Below are positions 17,937 through 27,904 of a stretch of DNA of 64,000 bases, in pieces. The stretch spans positions 512,001-576,000 of the forward strand of contig OY762463.1 of NCBI GenBank assembly GCA_963665815.1, read 5' to 3'. A program made the position numbers and the translations under genes. Within the stretch, counting starts at the first letter, position 1; every line of letters begins with the position of its first letter. This stretch comes from Candidatus Cloacimonadales bacterium. Its GTDB lineage: Bacteria > Cloacimonadota > Cloacimonadia > Cloacimonadales > JAIOQZ01. The notes beneath the pieces are model-generated. The model saw only the letters and a program-made list of their open reading frames with translations. It had not been told where the DNA came from and searched no databases.

Positions 17937-19967
17937 TTATTTCAGTAATACCATTTTTTTGATTAGTTGCTTACCTCTATTGGTTTCTGCCTTAATAAGA
18001 TAAATTCCATTGGAAACAGACTTATTATGTTCATCCTTACCATTCCATTGAACAGATTTCACAACTGAATTTTCTGAATGAGTAATAGTTTTAATAAGCT
18101 GGCCCTTAATATTATAAATTTTAATATCACCCCTGAGTGATTCGTTTCTACCCGTTGAAGAAAATGATATATTGAGTAGATTAGATTTTCCGGTACAGAA
18201 AGGATTAGGATAAAGACTAAGCTTGGATATTGAATTCTCAATGTCATTATTAACAGTACTTGTTCCGTTCACATATACTTTTTGAAAACCGTTTTCCGGG
18301 TATGAAGTGAAATTAGGTGGAGTACCGTTATCCGCAGTATGAATTCTATAGAAAAGGGAATCTGCTTCGTTCGGAGGGGAATCAAAAGTATATGTCCAGG
18401 TGTTTGCATCCTGTTGTATAAACTGTGCATATTGTGCAATACCGACTGTCTTGTATTCTATAAGCACGGTTGAAACAAATCCGTCATCTTTAACATCTGC
18501 AGTTAATGTATAGGGGAAATCTGTGGCGGAAATTACTGTATCCGGTGTATGGTTGATTACGGGTCGCATAATATCATTAGTAATTGTGAAAGCAAACGGA
18601 TCGATACTGCCCATAACAGGAAGATTTACACTTCGTCCGGACATATCTGCAGCATGAATATAGTAATATACAGTTGTTCCAAGAGGTTGAGCAGGGATTT
18701 GACCTCTATATGTATCTTCGTTATGATAACTCATTTGTACAGGCTGATAAGTATCATTATAAGCTGTCTTATAATATACAAGAAGAGAATCCGTATAAAG
18801 ACTATAACCACTGTAAGCAATAATCTCAGCATCAATAATTATGTCGGAACGTGTAACATCAACAGTTGTCTGAGGCATATGTCCAATATGAAGCATGTAT
18901 TTATCTGGAACTTCATGAGTTCTACAGTGAAGAGCATCAGTGCTTCTCCAGGCAATAGTTCCGCTGCTGTAGTATCCCCGCACGTGATAACCGGGCATTG
19001 CCATTCTGTAGACGTTAAGAGCAATTGAATCCTCAGCTGTATCTGTAAGAGGAACATAAACATTATTGTTAAGTATCAGCGAGTTTGTATATGGTTCATC
19101 ATTATTTGTATTTACACGAAATATCCTATAAGGTGTCCCATAACAGGAGAGAGTATTCAGGAAATAGTTATATGTGTTTTCAAGCTCTTGAAACTGGGAG
19201 TGTGTGGGACTGACTGACCTGAGTAGAATTTTATCAGGTGCCAGGAATTTTCCCCAGCAGTCGATGTGATCAATATATGTGTTATTCGGATCGCTTATAG
19301 TAAAATATCTTGTAGTACCAAGATATTGGGCAAGACGATTTTTAATCTCCAATTCATTCATATGAGGATTTTCATTAATTACCAGATCGGAAGATGCACC
19401 GGTTGATACACCATCATTCATATAGTTTCCACCTGTGTGAATGATATCCATTCCGTACATATCAAGTGTGTCCGCAGTGGCAAAAAAGGGAGGAAAATCA
19501 TTATCAAGTGGACGGTATGTTCTGTTATAGGGGAAATCCACAACAGCAACTTCATTGTTGCCGTCAACAACGAAGAAAGGACCGAAATCCCTTGTCCAGT
19601 ATGAATTAGTATTATAAATAAGGAATTCGCAATTACTCATATTGATTCCATTATCTGTTAATTGAGTATCTGCGATCTGCCTTGTACTCTCATCTTCAAC
19701 AGCAATAATCAGTTTTGTATCATTTGCCAGGTCGTTAATCAGCTCCATGGGTATTCCAAAGGGATATGCTATTATAACAGCTGACATCTGCTCGAACTCT
19801 GCAACAGGTCGTACAGGTGATGCTGGAGGTTGAGTTTCATTAAAATCTCTTCCTATAAGGTAACGGTCTCTTTCCTCAGCTTCTGTCATGCGATGAGGAA
19901 AAGCAAATTGAGCGAAAACTGTGCTGCAAAACACAAAAAACATAAATATAGATATAATTCTCTTCAT
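17937..19967 (-). CDS. Secreted agmatine/peptidylarginine deiminase family protein with FlgD-Ig/T9SS-like C-terminal domain
   Basis: AEFE, YWTRDFGP, GGN, HID, YTNSL and LHCRT motifs; signal peptide; C-terminal YPNPF...WNGKD. Confidence 0.88.
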   Translation of the reverse strand: MKRIISIFMFFVFCSTVFAQFAFPHRMTEAEERDRYLIGRDFNETQPPASPVRPVAEFEQMSAVIIAYPFGIPMELINDLANDTKLIIAVEDESTRQIADTQLTDNGINMSNCEFLIYNTNSYWTRDFGPFFVVDGNNEVAVVDFPYNRTYRPLDNDFPPFFATADTLDMYGMDIIHTGGNYMNDGVSTGASSDLVINENPHMNELEIKNRLAQYLGTTRYFTISDPNNTYIDHIDCWGKFLAPDKILLRSVSPTHSQFQELENTYNYFLNTLSCYGTPYRIFRVNTNNDEPYTNSLILNNNVYVPLTDTAEDSIALNVYRMAMPGYHVRGYYSSGTIAWRSTDALHCRTHEVPDKYMLHIGHMPQTTVDVTRSDIIIDAEIIAYSGYSLYTDSLLVYYKTAYNDTYQPVQMSYHNEDTYRGQIPAQPLGTTVYYYIHAADMSGRSVNLPVMGSIDPFAFTITNDIMRPVINHTPDTVISATDFPYTLTADVKDDGFVSTVLIEYKTVGIAQYAQFIQQDANTWTYTFDSPPNEADSLFYRIHTADNGTPPNFTSYPENGFQKVYVNGTSTVNNDIENSISKLSLYPNPFCTGKSNLLNISFSSTGRNESLRGDIKIYNIKGQLIKTITHSENSVVKSVQWNGKDEHNKSVSNGIYLIKAETNRGKQLIKKMVLLK

Positions 19968-20582
19968 AGTTTCTCCTATGTCAAACTTAGATATGATTAC
20001 ATAAATTGAAAAGAGTTTTTTTTAATTGATTGTTTTTTCTTTTTTTTTAAAAAAATATTTTTTTGGAATAACTATTGCATATTAGATTAGGCAGAAGGGT
20101 ACTGTAAACACGGGAGCAGAATCTACAAAAAGTTTGTTCTCGTTTTAAAAATGTGCTTTATTAGTCGGGTAAGAATAATGCACAGCATTCTGCCTCAGTT
20201 TCTGAAATTCATCCTTTGGATGTTTTTCAGAGGCTGACAATGTTACTACTTATAGATTAACTTCCACAAAATACAATAATAATATCGAGATCATTGTATA
20301 ATCAACTAAAAGCGAACACTTTTGCTATATTGGACATCTTGCAGGTACTGTATACTTTGTGTACAACTATTGACAATTAAATATTGAAAATCTTTGTGAG
20401 ATAAACCATATAATACAATACCAATGAATTAACATAAAAGAAATGTATATACTGCAGGTATATTAATAATTTTTTCAATTGATTTATCATGTATTTGACA
20501 TATTTGGATTTTCCCTCCTTGACATTACACCATGAATTATTATAAAAGAATTTCAAATTCTAACCACACTTAAGGATGTATA

Positions 20583-22625
20583 ATGAAAACACTGATTTTA
20601 GCAGAGAAGCCTAGCGTAGGTAAAGAGATTGGACGTGTTCTAAACTGCAGAAGCAGGGGGAAAGCCTTTATGGAAGGAAACACCCATATTGTAACCTGGG
20701 CAATGGGGCATCTTGTAGAACTTGTTGAACCGCACTATTATGATGCTAAATATAAAAATTGGAATCTTGATGACCTGCCAATAATTCCTGAAAAGATGAA
20801 ACTGCGAGTAATGAGGAAAACATCACATCAATATAAGTCTGTTTCTTCTCTTATCAAAAGAAAGGATGTAAATGAAATAATCATTGCGACTGATGCTGGT
20901 AGGGAAGGAGAGCTTGTTGCTCGCTGGATTCTTAAACTTTGCGGAAACAGAAAGCCAATTAAGAGACTCTGGATTTCTTCCCAGACAGATAAAGCAATTA
21001 AAGACGGGATGAACAACCTACAGCCAGGTGAAAATTATATGGGATTGTTCCGAGCAGCAGAATCTCGGGCTTATGCAGATTGGATTGTAGGTCTAAACAT
21101 TACCAGAGCATTAACATGCAAACATGATTCTCAGTTGAGTGCTGGCAGAGTACAGACTCCAACTCTGGCAATGATGGTTCAAAGAGAGGAAGAAAGAAAG
21201 AATTTTGTCAGTAAGAAATACTGGAAACTTTATGCCGATATAAACGGTTTAAGATTCCATAGAGTGAATAGTAAGAACTCAGCAACATCATTCGATTGTG
21301 ATAAGCTTCTTGCTGTTAAAAACAAGTGTAAAGATTCAGGAGAATTCAAGATAACTGAGTTTACCCAGAAAAAAGTCAGAAAACAACCGCCATTAGCTTA
21401 TGATCTTACGGAACTTCAGAGAGACGCAAACAAGCTGTTCGGATTTTCTGCAAAGAAAACACTTTCCTGTGCCCAGACTCTGTATGAAAGAATGAAGCTG
21501 ATTACATATCCCAGAACGGACTCGCGCTGTATAACTGATGATATGGTCGCAACCCTTAATGAAAAACTTACAGCCTTAACCGTGTATCCAGGAACCTCTA
21601 AAGCATCGAAAAAACTGTTAAGCGATGGCTATATTAAAAGAAAAAGTTTTATAAACAATGATAGAGTATCTGATCACCATGCACTTTTGCCAACTGAGAC
21701 AAAACCTCACTTTTCTTCAGGAGATAATGATGAGAGAAAAATCTATGAACTGATTGCATTCCGATTTCTGGCTGTATTGTCTGAAGATGCTGTTGTAAGT
21801 AAGATAAGTGCTTCTGCTGAATGCTGTGGTGAGAAATTTACATTTTCAGACCAGATTGTCATGGATAGAACCTGGATGGATCTTCCTCATCAGGATAATT
21901 CCTCGGTGTCTGTTAAAAGAGTCTCTCTTAAACCGGGACAGACAATAAAAGCATCCCGCATAGAGACGTCTGAGCATGAGACTGAACCTCCACCAAGATA
22001 TACTGAGGCAACACTGCTGACAGCTATGGAATTCTGTTCCAAGTTTGTAAAGAATCCGAAACTGAAAGAAAAGCTGAAGGGTACAGGACTGGGAACTCCG
22101 GCAACAAGAGCAGATATTATAGAAAAGCTCATAAGTAATCATTATGTAGAGCGTGATGGTAAGCAGCTTGTTCCTACAGGTAAAGCAAGTGAATTTATAA
22201 GGATTGCTCCTGAAGAACTTGTTTACCCGGATTTAACTGCTATATGGGAGAATCAGCTTGATTTGATTGCAAAGAGCAAAATGGATTCACGGAAGTTTCT
22301 TGATGAAATAAAGCAAAGAACTGTCGATATTCTTATCGGTGTTAAAAAGAATGATGTTAAGTTTGTACCGGATAATCTTTCAAAACAGAAATGTCCTGTA
22401 TGTGGTAAAAATTTGATGTTTGTACAGAAGCGAAACAAGAAAGTTCTGATTTGTCCTGATGGACGTTGTGACTATAATGGTGAAAAGCAACAGGAAGGTA
22501 TGAGATCCGGAAGAAAGTCAAAGAAACAGTTTAAACAGGATAAATATCTGGTTAGTAAATACGGAAAACAGAATCAGCAGACTGAAACTCTTGGCGATCT
22601 GTTCGGAGATCTGTTCGATGATTAG
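20583..22625 (+). CDS. topB: DNA topoisomerase III
   Basis: LAEKPS, ATDAGREGE, SAGRVQTP, ITYPRTD, GLGTPATRA, C-terminal zinc ribbon. Confidence 0.93.
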   Translation: MKTLILAEKPSVGKEIGRVLNCRSRGKAFMEGNTHIVTWAMGHLVELVEPHYYDAKYKNWNLDDLPIIPEKMKLRVMRKTSHQYKSVSSLIKRKDVNEIIIATDAGREGELVARWILKLCGNRKPIKRLWISSQTDKAIKDGMNNLQPGENYMGLFRAAESRAYADWIVGLNITRALTCKHDSQLSAGRVQTPTLAMMVQREEERKNFVSKKYWKLYADINGLRFHRVNSKNSATSFDCDKLLAVKNKCKDSGEFKITEFTQKKVRKQPPLAYDLTELQRDANKLFGFSAKKTLSCAQTLYERMKLITYPRTDSRCITDDMVATLNEKLTALTVYPGTSKASKKLLSDGYIKRKSFINNDRVSDHHALLPTETKPHFSSGDNDERKIYELIAFRFLAVLSEDAVVSKISASAECCGEKFTFSDQIVMDRTWMDLPHQDNSSVSVKRVSLKPGQTIKASRIETSEHETEPPPRYTEATLLTAMEFCSKFVKNPKLKEKLKGTGLGTPATRADIIEKLISNHYVERDGKQLVPTGKASEFIRIAPEELVYPDLTAIWENQLDLIAKSKMDSRKFLDEIKQRTVDILIGVKKNDVKFVPDNLSKQKCPVCGKNLMFVQKRNKKVLICPDGRCDYNGEKQQEGMRSGRKSKKQFKQDKYLVSKYGKQNQQTETLGDLFGDLFDD

Positions 22626-23787
22626 CTCTGTTACGGAGATTACTTCCGCTCAGGCTCGGAGTCTTGCTATCAATTCACAGAAGCTTTATGGAAACATCAA
22701 AGCAGATAAGATGAGTATTCTGGAGTTGATTAAGGCTCTTGGTTATGTTCAGATTGATACGATAAATATTATTAACAGGGCTCATCATCATACTTTGTTT
22801 ACAAGAACCAATGGATATTCACCAGCATATCTTGATGAGTTACTGAGCAGAGATAAATCTGTTTTCGAGTTCTTTGGACACGCTTTGTCTTATCTGCCAA
22901 TGGAAGATTACAGATTTTACAGTAGGAGAATCAGGGAGTTCCCCACTAAAGCATGGGAGAAGCAGTGGCTGAAAGAAGCTGAACCATATATTGATAAAGT
23001 GCTTCAAAGAATAAAGGATGATGGTCCACTTGGTATCAAAGACTTCAGCAAAGTAAGAGGAGATAAACAGACCATCTGGACATACAGTCCGATTAAAGTA
23101 GCCTTGGAGACACTCGTCTGGCGAGGTGATCTGATGATTGATCGACGTGATAATTTTCAGAGAATTTATAACTTAACTGAACGGATTATTCCTGAAGATA
23201 TTAATGCTTCTAATCCTGATGATTTGGAAATGGGGATTTTCTTTGTGCGAAAAACACTATCTGCTCATGGTATTCTTACTGCGAAGGAAATGGAAAAATT
23301 TGTAAATATTAATGCAAAGAAGATCATAAAAGCAGGTATTGCACATCTTATAAACAGTGGGGAAGTTATAAAGGTCAGGCTTGAAGGTGATACTACTGAA
23401 TATTTCATGCTTGAGTACAAAATGGAAAATATTGATAAACCGATTGAAAATGAAATAAGGATACTATCACCGTTTGATAATCTGATAATTATCAGAGAAC
23501 GGATTGAAAAATTGTTTAATTTCTCATACAGGTTAGAATGCTATGTACCTGAAAAGAAAAGGATTTTCGGTTACTTTGTTCTTCCTGTAATCTGGAGAGA
23601 TAAATTTGCCTTAAGAATTGATGTTAAAGCTGAACGCAAAAAGAAAGAACTTGTTATAAAAAGACTGCATAAAGAACTTCCTGAAGCTGACAGCAAGGAA
23701 TTTAAGAATATTTTTGAATATGAACTACAGAGATTCATGAAATTTCAGAATTGTGAGAAAATTGTCTGGGAGTGTGAAAATTTATAA
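22618..23787 (+). CDS. YcaQ/AlkZ-family winged-helix crosslink-repair DNA glycosylase
   Basis: VQIDTI (QxD), LSPFDNL, YRLECYVP..KR.FGYFVLP motifs; ATG overlaps the end of topB. Confidence 0.85.
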   Translation: MISSVTEITSAQARSLAINSQKLYGNIKADKMSILELIKALGYVQIDTINIINRAHHHTLFTRTNGYSPAYLDELLSRDKSVFEFFGHALSYLPMEDYRFYSRRIREFPTKAWEKQWLKEAEPYIDKVLQRIKDDGPLGIKDFSKVRGDKQTIWTYSPIKVALETLVWRGDLMIDRRDNFQRIYNLTERIIPEDINASNPDDLEMGIFFVRKTLSAHGILTAKEMEKFVNINAKKIIKAGIAHLINSGEVIKVRLEGDTTEYFMLEYKMENIDKPIENEIRILSPFDNLIIIRERIEKLFNFSYRLECYVPEKKRIFGYFVLPVIWRDKFALRIDVKAERKKKELVIKRLHKELPEADSKEFKNIFEYELQRFMKFQNCEKIVWECENL

Positions 23788-23789
23788 AA

Positions 23790-23816
23790 AAGACTGATGA
23801 AAAAATCACCAGTCTT
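23790..23816. terminator. Bidirectional terminator
   Basis: AAGACTG...CAGTCTT hairpin between convergent genes. Confidence 0.55.
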
Positions 23817-23844
23817 AATATTTATATGATTTATTATATATGAT

Positions 23845-26292
23845 TTATCTTTTTCGTCGTTTATTACCGAAGCTTTTTCGACCTCTATCGCTGTCTTTGT
23901 CCCGATCTCGGTCTCTACCTTTGTAACCGCCACGGCTTTTGTTTTTATCTCTATCTTTGTCTCTATCTTTATAGCTGCCTCTGGATCTACTACTGTCTTT
24001 TCCTTTATAGTTCCCACGAGGTCTTCTGTTATCACCGGATCGTCCGCTATCCTGCTGAACATTATCCTGAACAAGTCCCAGATAAAGGTCATCATCTACA
24101 CGTTCAATTCTGACTGACAATCTGTCTGCAAGCCTGATCTTCTGATTTTTGCGTTTACCAATCATTGTAGCGGACTCTCTGTAGAACACATAGTAGTCGT
24201 CATTGAAATAGCTCATTGGCAGAACACCGCTTACAGGAATGTCATCCAGTTCTATAAAAAGGTTAGAGTTATTCATGCCAGTAACAAGCCCGGTAAACTC
24301 TTCTCCAACTTTGTCTTTCAGGAAGCTGAGTACATTAATTCTGTTTACGCTTCTTTCTGCTTCGTCAGCCAGTATCTCCTGTTTGGAAGCAACTTCAGCC
24401 AGATTTATCAACTCCTGCTGAGTGAACTTGGTTGTCTGAGAGTTCAACAGGAATGACTTGCATAACTGATGAATAACCAGGTCACACAAACGTCTGATAG
24501 GTGATGTAAAGTGAGTATAAGTCTCCATTGCCAGACCAAAATGTCGCTTATGCATAATGGAATACTTTGCTTTTTTCATGCTTCTGAGAATCTTTCTGTC
24601 AAATACTCTGTGGAAGTCCTGACTCGGTAATTCAGCAAGAACGTTTTGAACGGTTAAGTTCATGTTGCTGGAACGTTTAATAGGAATCTTATATGTTTTA
24701 AGCAGATTAAGGATTTCGGATACCTTTCTTTCTTCCGGATCTTCGTGAATTCTGAAGAGAGGGAAGAGAGGCTGCTTTCTTTTCAGTCTTTTTAATCGGC
24801 TCTCAAGACTCTGAGCTACAAACTCATTTGCAATAAGCATGAAGTTCTCAACCAATAGATGAGAGTCTGTTTCTTTTGATCTGGTAAGTTTACCAAGATA
24901 ACCCAGTTCGTCGAACTTGAATTCGACTTCAGGAAGATCAAAATACAGCGCGCCTTGTTTACGACGCTTCTCGGACAGTTTCTGTGAGAGCTTAAGCATC
25001 ATTTCCAGAGTCAGATAGAACTCATCCGGCACTGCTGTTTTATCTCCATCAAAGAACTTGTCTATATCCTCATATGCAAAACGATAATCCGATTTAATTA
25101 TAGATTCGTACAGCTTCTGAGCTTTTATATTGAAATCAAAGTCGAATGTTGTTTTCACGGTCATGGTCAGCTTTTCTTCATAAGGTCTCAAACTGCATAT
25201 ACCGTTGGATAACGCTTCTGGAAGCATAGGTATCACTTTACGAGGAAAATAAAAACTGTTTCCTCTGTTTACCGCTTCATGATATATAGGTGTTTCCTTT
25301 GTTATATAATGAGATACATCTGCGATGTGAACGTAAAGGTTGAAGTCATTCTCGTTAAGTTCAAGAGATATAGCATCATCATAATCCTTGGCAGAAACCG
25401 GGTCGATGGTGAATGTCTGTAAATCTCTGAAATCCTGACGCCTTTTATATTCTTCTTCAGGGATCTCAGGACTGATTTCCTGAGCGGCTTCAAGAACTTC
25501 TTCCGGGAAATCAAGAGGCAGATCATATTCTCTGATAACACTCATGAATTCAACATCTGGTTCTCCTGCCATACCGAGTATCTCTTTAACTCTGGCTCGG
25601 GGTGAAATGTTGAATTTGTGATCACCCCAGTCATAGACTTCAACGAAAGCTTTCTGGCCTGATTTTAATCCTGATTCGGGATCAAGCTGAAACGATCTAT
25701 GAACTTTTGGATTATCACAGATCAGCAGAAACTTGTTTTTATAACCTTCAATTCTGCCGGTAAAAGTGGTTTTGTGTCTCTCAAGAATATCTGTAACAAT
25801 ACCATAAGCACGTTTTTCTCCTCCACCTTTGCGGTAAAGAATTTCAACTTCAACCAGGTCGTTATGGTAAGCATTACCAACATCTTCACCTGAGATGAAA
25901 ATATCCTCGTTCTTAGTAATAACAAAGGCGAAAGAAGCATTCTTGGATAGCGGAGTAGCGTCAAATTTTCCTACTGCGATCCTGGTATCACCGGACTTGG
26001 TCATTCTTCTCTCTGTTCTGGTTAGTTTGCTTTTTTCAGCAGGTTTACTGCTTGTAAGAACTTTACTCTCTGATCTACGGTAACGTTGTTTTCCGTCTTC
26101 AGCACTGCTGAAGTATTTACGCTGCCTTTTGATTATTTTTTCCTTAACCATGCTGTTTAATGTGGTTTGAAGGTATCTGTAATCATGTTTACCAATATGC
26201 AGTATAGCAGCAAGGTCTTGCATATTGTATTTTCCAGCCGGGTTAGCATTTAGAAATCTAACTATTTTATCGGCAAATTTTTTATTATACAT
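23845..26292 (-). CDS. rnr: Ribonuclease R
   Basis: FTIDPVSAKDYDDA, HFTSPIRR, S1 domain, basic tail. Confidence 0.95.
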   Translation of the reverse strand: MYNKKFADKIVRFLNANPAGKYNMQDLAAILHIGKHDYRYLQTTLNSMVKEKIIKRQRKYFSSAEDGKQRYRRSESKVLTSSKPAEKSKLTRTERRMTKSGDTRIAVGKFDATPLSKNASFAFVITKNEDIFISGEDVGNAYHNDLVEVEILYRKGGGEKRAYGIVTDILERHKTTFTGRIEGYKNKFLLICDNPKVHRSFQLDPESGLKSGQKAFVEVYDWGDHKFNISPRARVKEILGMAGEPDVEFMSVIREYDLPLDFPEEVLEAAQEISPEIPEEEYKRRQDFRDLQTFTIDPVSAKDYDDAISLELNENDFNLYVHIADVSHYITKETPIYHEAVNRGNSFYFPRKVIPMLPEALSNGICSLRPYEEKLTMTVKTTFDFDFNIKAQKLYESIIKSDYRFAYEDIDKFFDGDKTAVPDEFYLTLEMMLKLSQKLSEKRRKQGALYFDLPEVEFKFDELGYLGKLTRSKETDSHLLVENFMLIANEFVAQSLESRLKRLKRKQPLFPLFRIHEDPEERKVSEILNLLKTYKIPIKRSSNMNLTVQNVLAELPSQDFHRVFDRKILRSMKKAKYSIMHKRHFGLAMETYTHFTSPIRRLCDLVIHQLCKSFLLNSQTTKFTQQELINLAEVASKQEILADEAERSVNRINVLSFLKDKVGEEFTGLVTGMNNSNLFIELDDIPVSGVLPMSYFNDDYYVFYRESATMIGKRKNQKIRLADRLSVRIERVDDDLYLGLVQDNVQQDSGRSGDNRRPRGNYKGKDSSRSRGSYKDRDKDRDKNKSRGGYKGRDRDRDKDSDRGRKSFGNKRRKR

Positions 26293-26301
26293 GGTTCTCC
26301 A

Positions 26302-26796
26302 TTAGTATTTTCGTAAGTTTTTAGATTCGAGCAGTTTCATTAAGGAATCTTTTTCAGCCTGATCCTTACTGAACCGTATTGATATTCCCCTGAATCTGTC
26401 AATTCGTCTTGGACGCATGAAAGTGCCCAGCATAACGCCTTTTTTATCAGCATAAAAACAGCGGAAATCAGTGAAATTTTTTTTAATTTTAGTGATTGTG
26501 TAATCAATCGTAACAGTATTATTATCTATAATATAATAAGTGGGGAAGAAGTAATTGCCAAGACTTAAAACAAAGATCAGCATTCCAAGAAGATAATAAT
26601 AAAACATGTGCCATTCAACAACTGCGATATCCCACAAAAGCCAGGCAAAGAATATAATGAAGGCTGAGAGAAAAATACTGCTCTTAGGGTAGTCAACTAA
26701 CGGGAAAGATCTCCATTCAAGAGGTTCTTCCAGTACGAATTTCTCTTTGTTATCTATTTGTTTCTTTTCTTCAGTCTTATTCGACATTCTGTACAA
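26302..26796 (-). CDS. Hypothetical two-TM membrane protein
   Basis: Coupled between yicC and rnr; two hydrophobic helices; start may be a few codons downstream. Confidence 0.7.
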   Translation of the reverse strand: MYRMSNKTEEKKQIDNKEKFVLEEPLEWRSFPLVDYPKSSIFLSAFIIFFAWLLWDIAVVEWHMFYYYLLGMLIFVLSLGNYFFPTYYIIDNNTVTIDYTITKIKKNFTDFRCFYADKKGVMLGTFMRPRRIDRFRGISIRFSKDQAEKDSLMKLLESKNLRKY

Positions 26797-27655
26797 GCTC
26801 CCTGCACTTCTCTATTTCTTCTTTGATTGTGAGAATTTGTGAAAATACTTTGCTTGAATTGAATTTTGCACTTATAGTATTGGCTTCTCTCTGCATCTCT
26901 AATAAGATGAAGTTCATCGATTTACCAATCTCAACATTTTCTACGTAAAGCTTTTCACGGAACTTCTCAATATGGTCCTTCAACCTGACAATTTCTTCGT
27001 TAATATCTGCCTTTTCAACAAATACTGCAGCTTCCAGCATGAGTCTTCTTTCTTCTTCTTCAGTAAGTGTTTTCTGTAATAATGAAGTGATCTGCGTATT
27101 ATATTTCAAGAAAATATCGTTCTTGTACTCAGGGAATTCTGATTCAATTGTATTGAGTGCACTTGTGATACGGGATAGGGAAGAGACGAAGAAATCCTGC
27201 ATTGATTCACCTTCTCTCAGTGCCATTTCCTCATGCTTCATCAAAGCAGATTCCAGATTAGTATCGATGATTCCGGTAAACTCATCGGTTTCACTATTCT
27301 GATTCCTTTCAATCAGTAAAGTCTTGTTTTCCAATATTTTCTCAATAGATATCTGCTGTGTTACATTAAGATGCTCAATAGCTGAATTGTAGAGATTCCA
27401 CAGCTTTTCGAGTTTATGCATATCTATTTCAAGGTCGGGGAGACGTTTGTCTCTGACAGTTATTCTTACTTCCAGCTTTCCCCTCTTTATATATCGGGAA
27501 ATCATTTCACGCATCTGGAACTCGTACCAGTTTAATTCTCTTGGTGTCATCAATTTCAGATCCAGGTATCTGTGATTCACAGATTTAACTTCAATATCAA
27601 GTTCATAGTTATCATCAATGTAGGAAGCTTTTCCATAGCCTGTCATACTCTTCAT
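26777..27655 (-). CDS. yicC: YicC/YloC family endoribonuclease
   Basis: MKSMTGYG, SVNHRYLD, EEIVRL..H, EMQREANTISAK, ELVQNVE. Confidence 0.93.
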   Translation of the reverse strand: MKSMTGYGKASYIDDNYELDIEVKSVNHRYLDLKLMTPRELNWYEFQMREMISRYIKRGKLEVRITVRDKRLPDLEIDMHKLEKLWNLYNSAIEHLNVTQQISIEKILENKTLLIERNQNSETDEFTGIIDTNLESALMKHEEMALREGESMQDFFVSSLSRITSALNTIESEFPEYKNDIFLKYNTQITSLLQKTLTEEEERRLMLEAAVFVEKADINEEIVRLKDHIEKFREKLYVENVEIGKSMNFILLEMQREANTISAKFNSSKVFSQILTIKEEIEKCRELVQNVE

Positions 27656-27904
27656 AAGATCTCCTTAGGACATAATTCTTTTATATACAAAATAGTTACA
27701 GCCACTATTCTGTCAAAGTAAATTCGATTGATAGATTGTAATAATGATAAAATATCGGAATTCAGGTCAGTTTTGCATATATTATCCGGATATATCAGGA
27801 ACTCAGAGACTTGGTTAGTATCATCTATAAGCGAAGTTCATTGAAAGACTGTGTGGAGCCGACGTAAAATATAAAATTACAAATTATTTATGTCTCAGAT
27901 TTTC

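Noticed and set aside
23845-24060. DR/RG-rich repeats at the end of rnr
   Set aside because: An ordinary low-complexity basic tail of RNase R.
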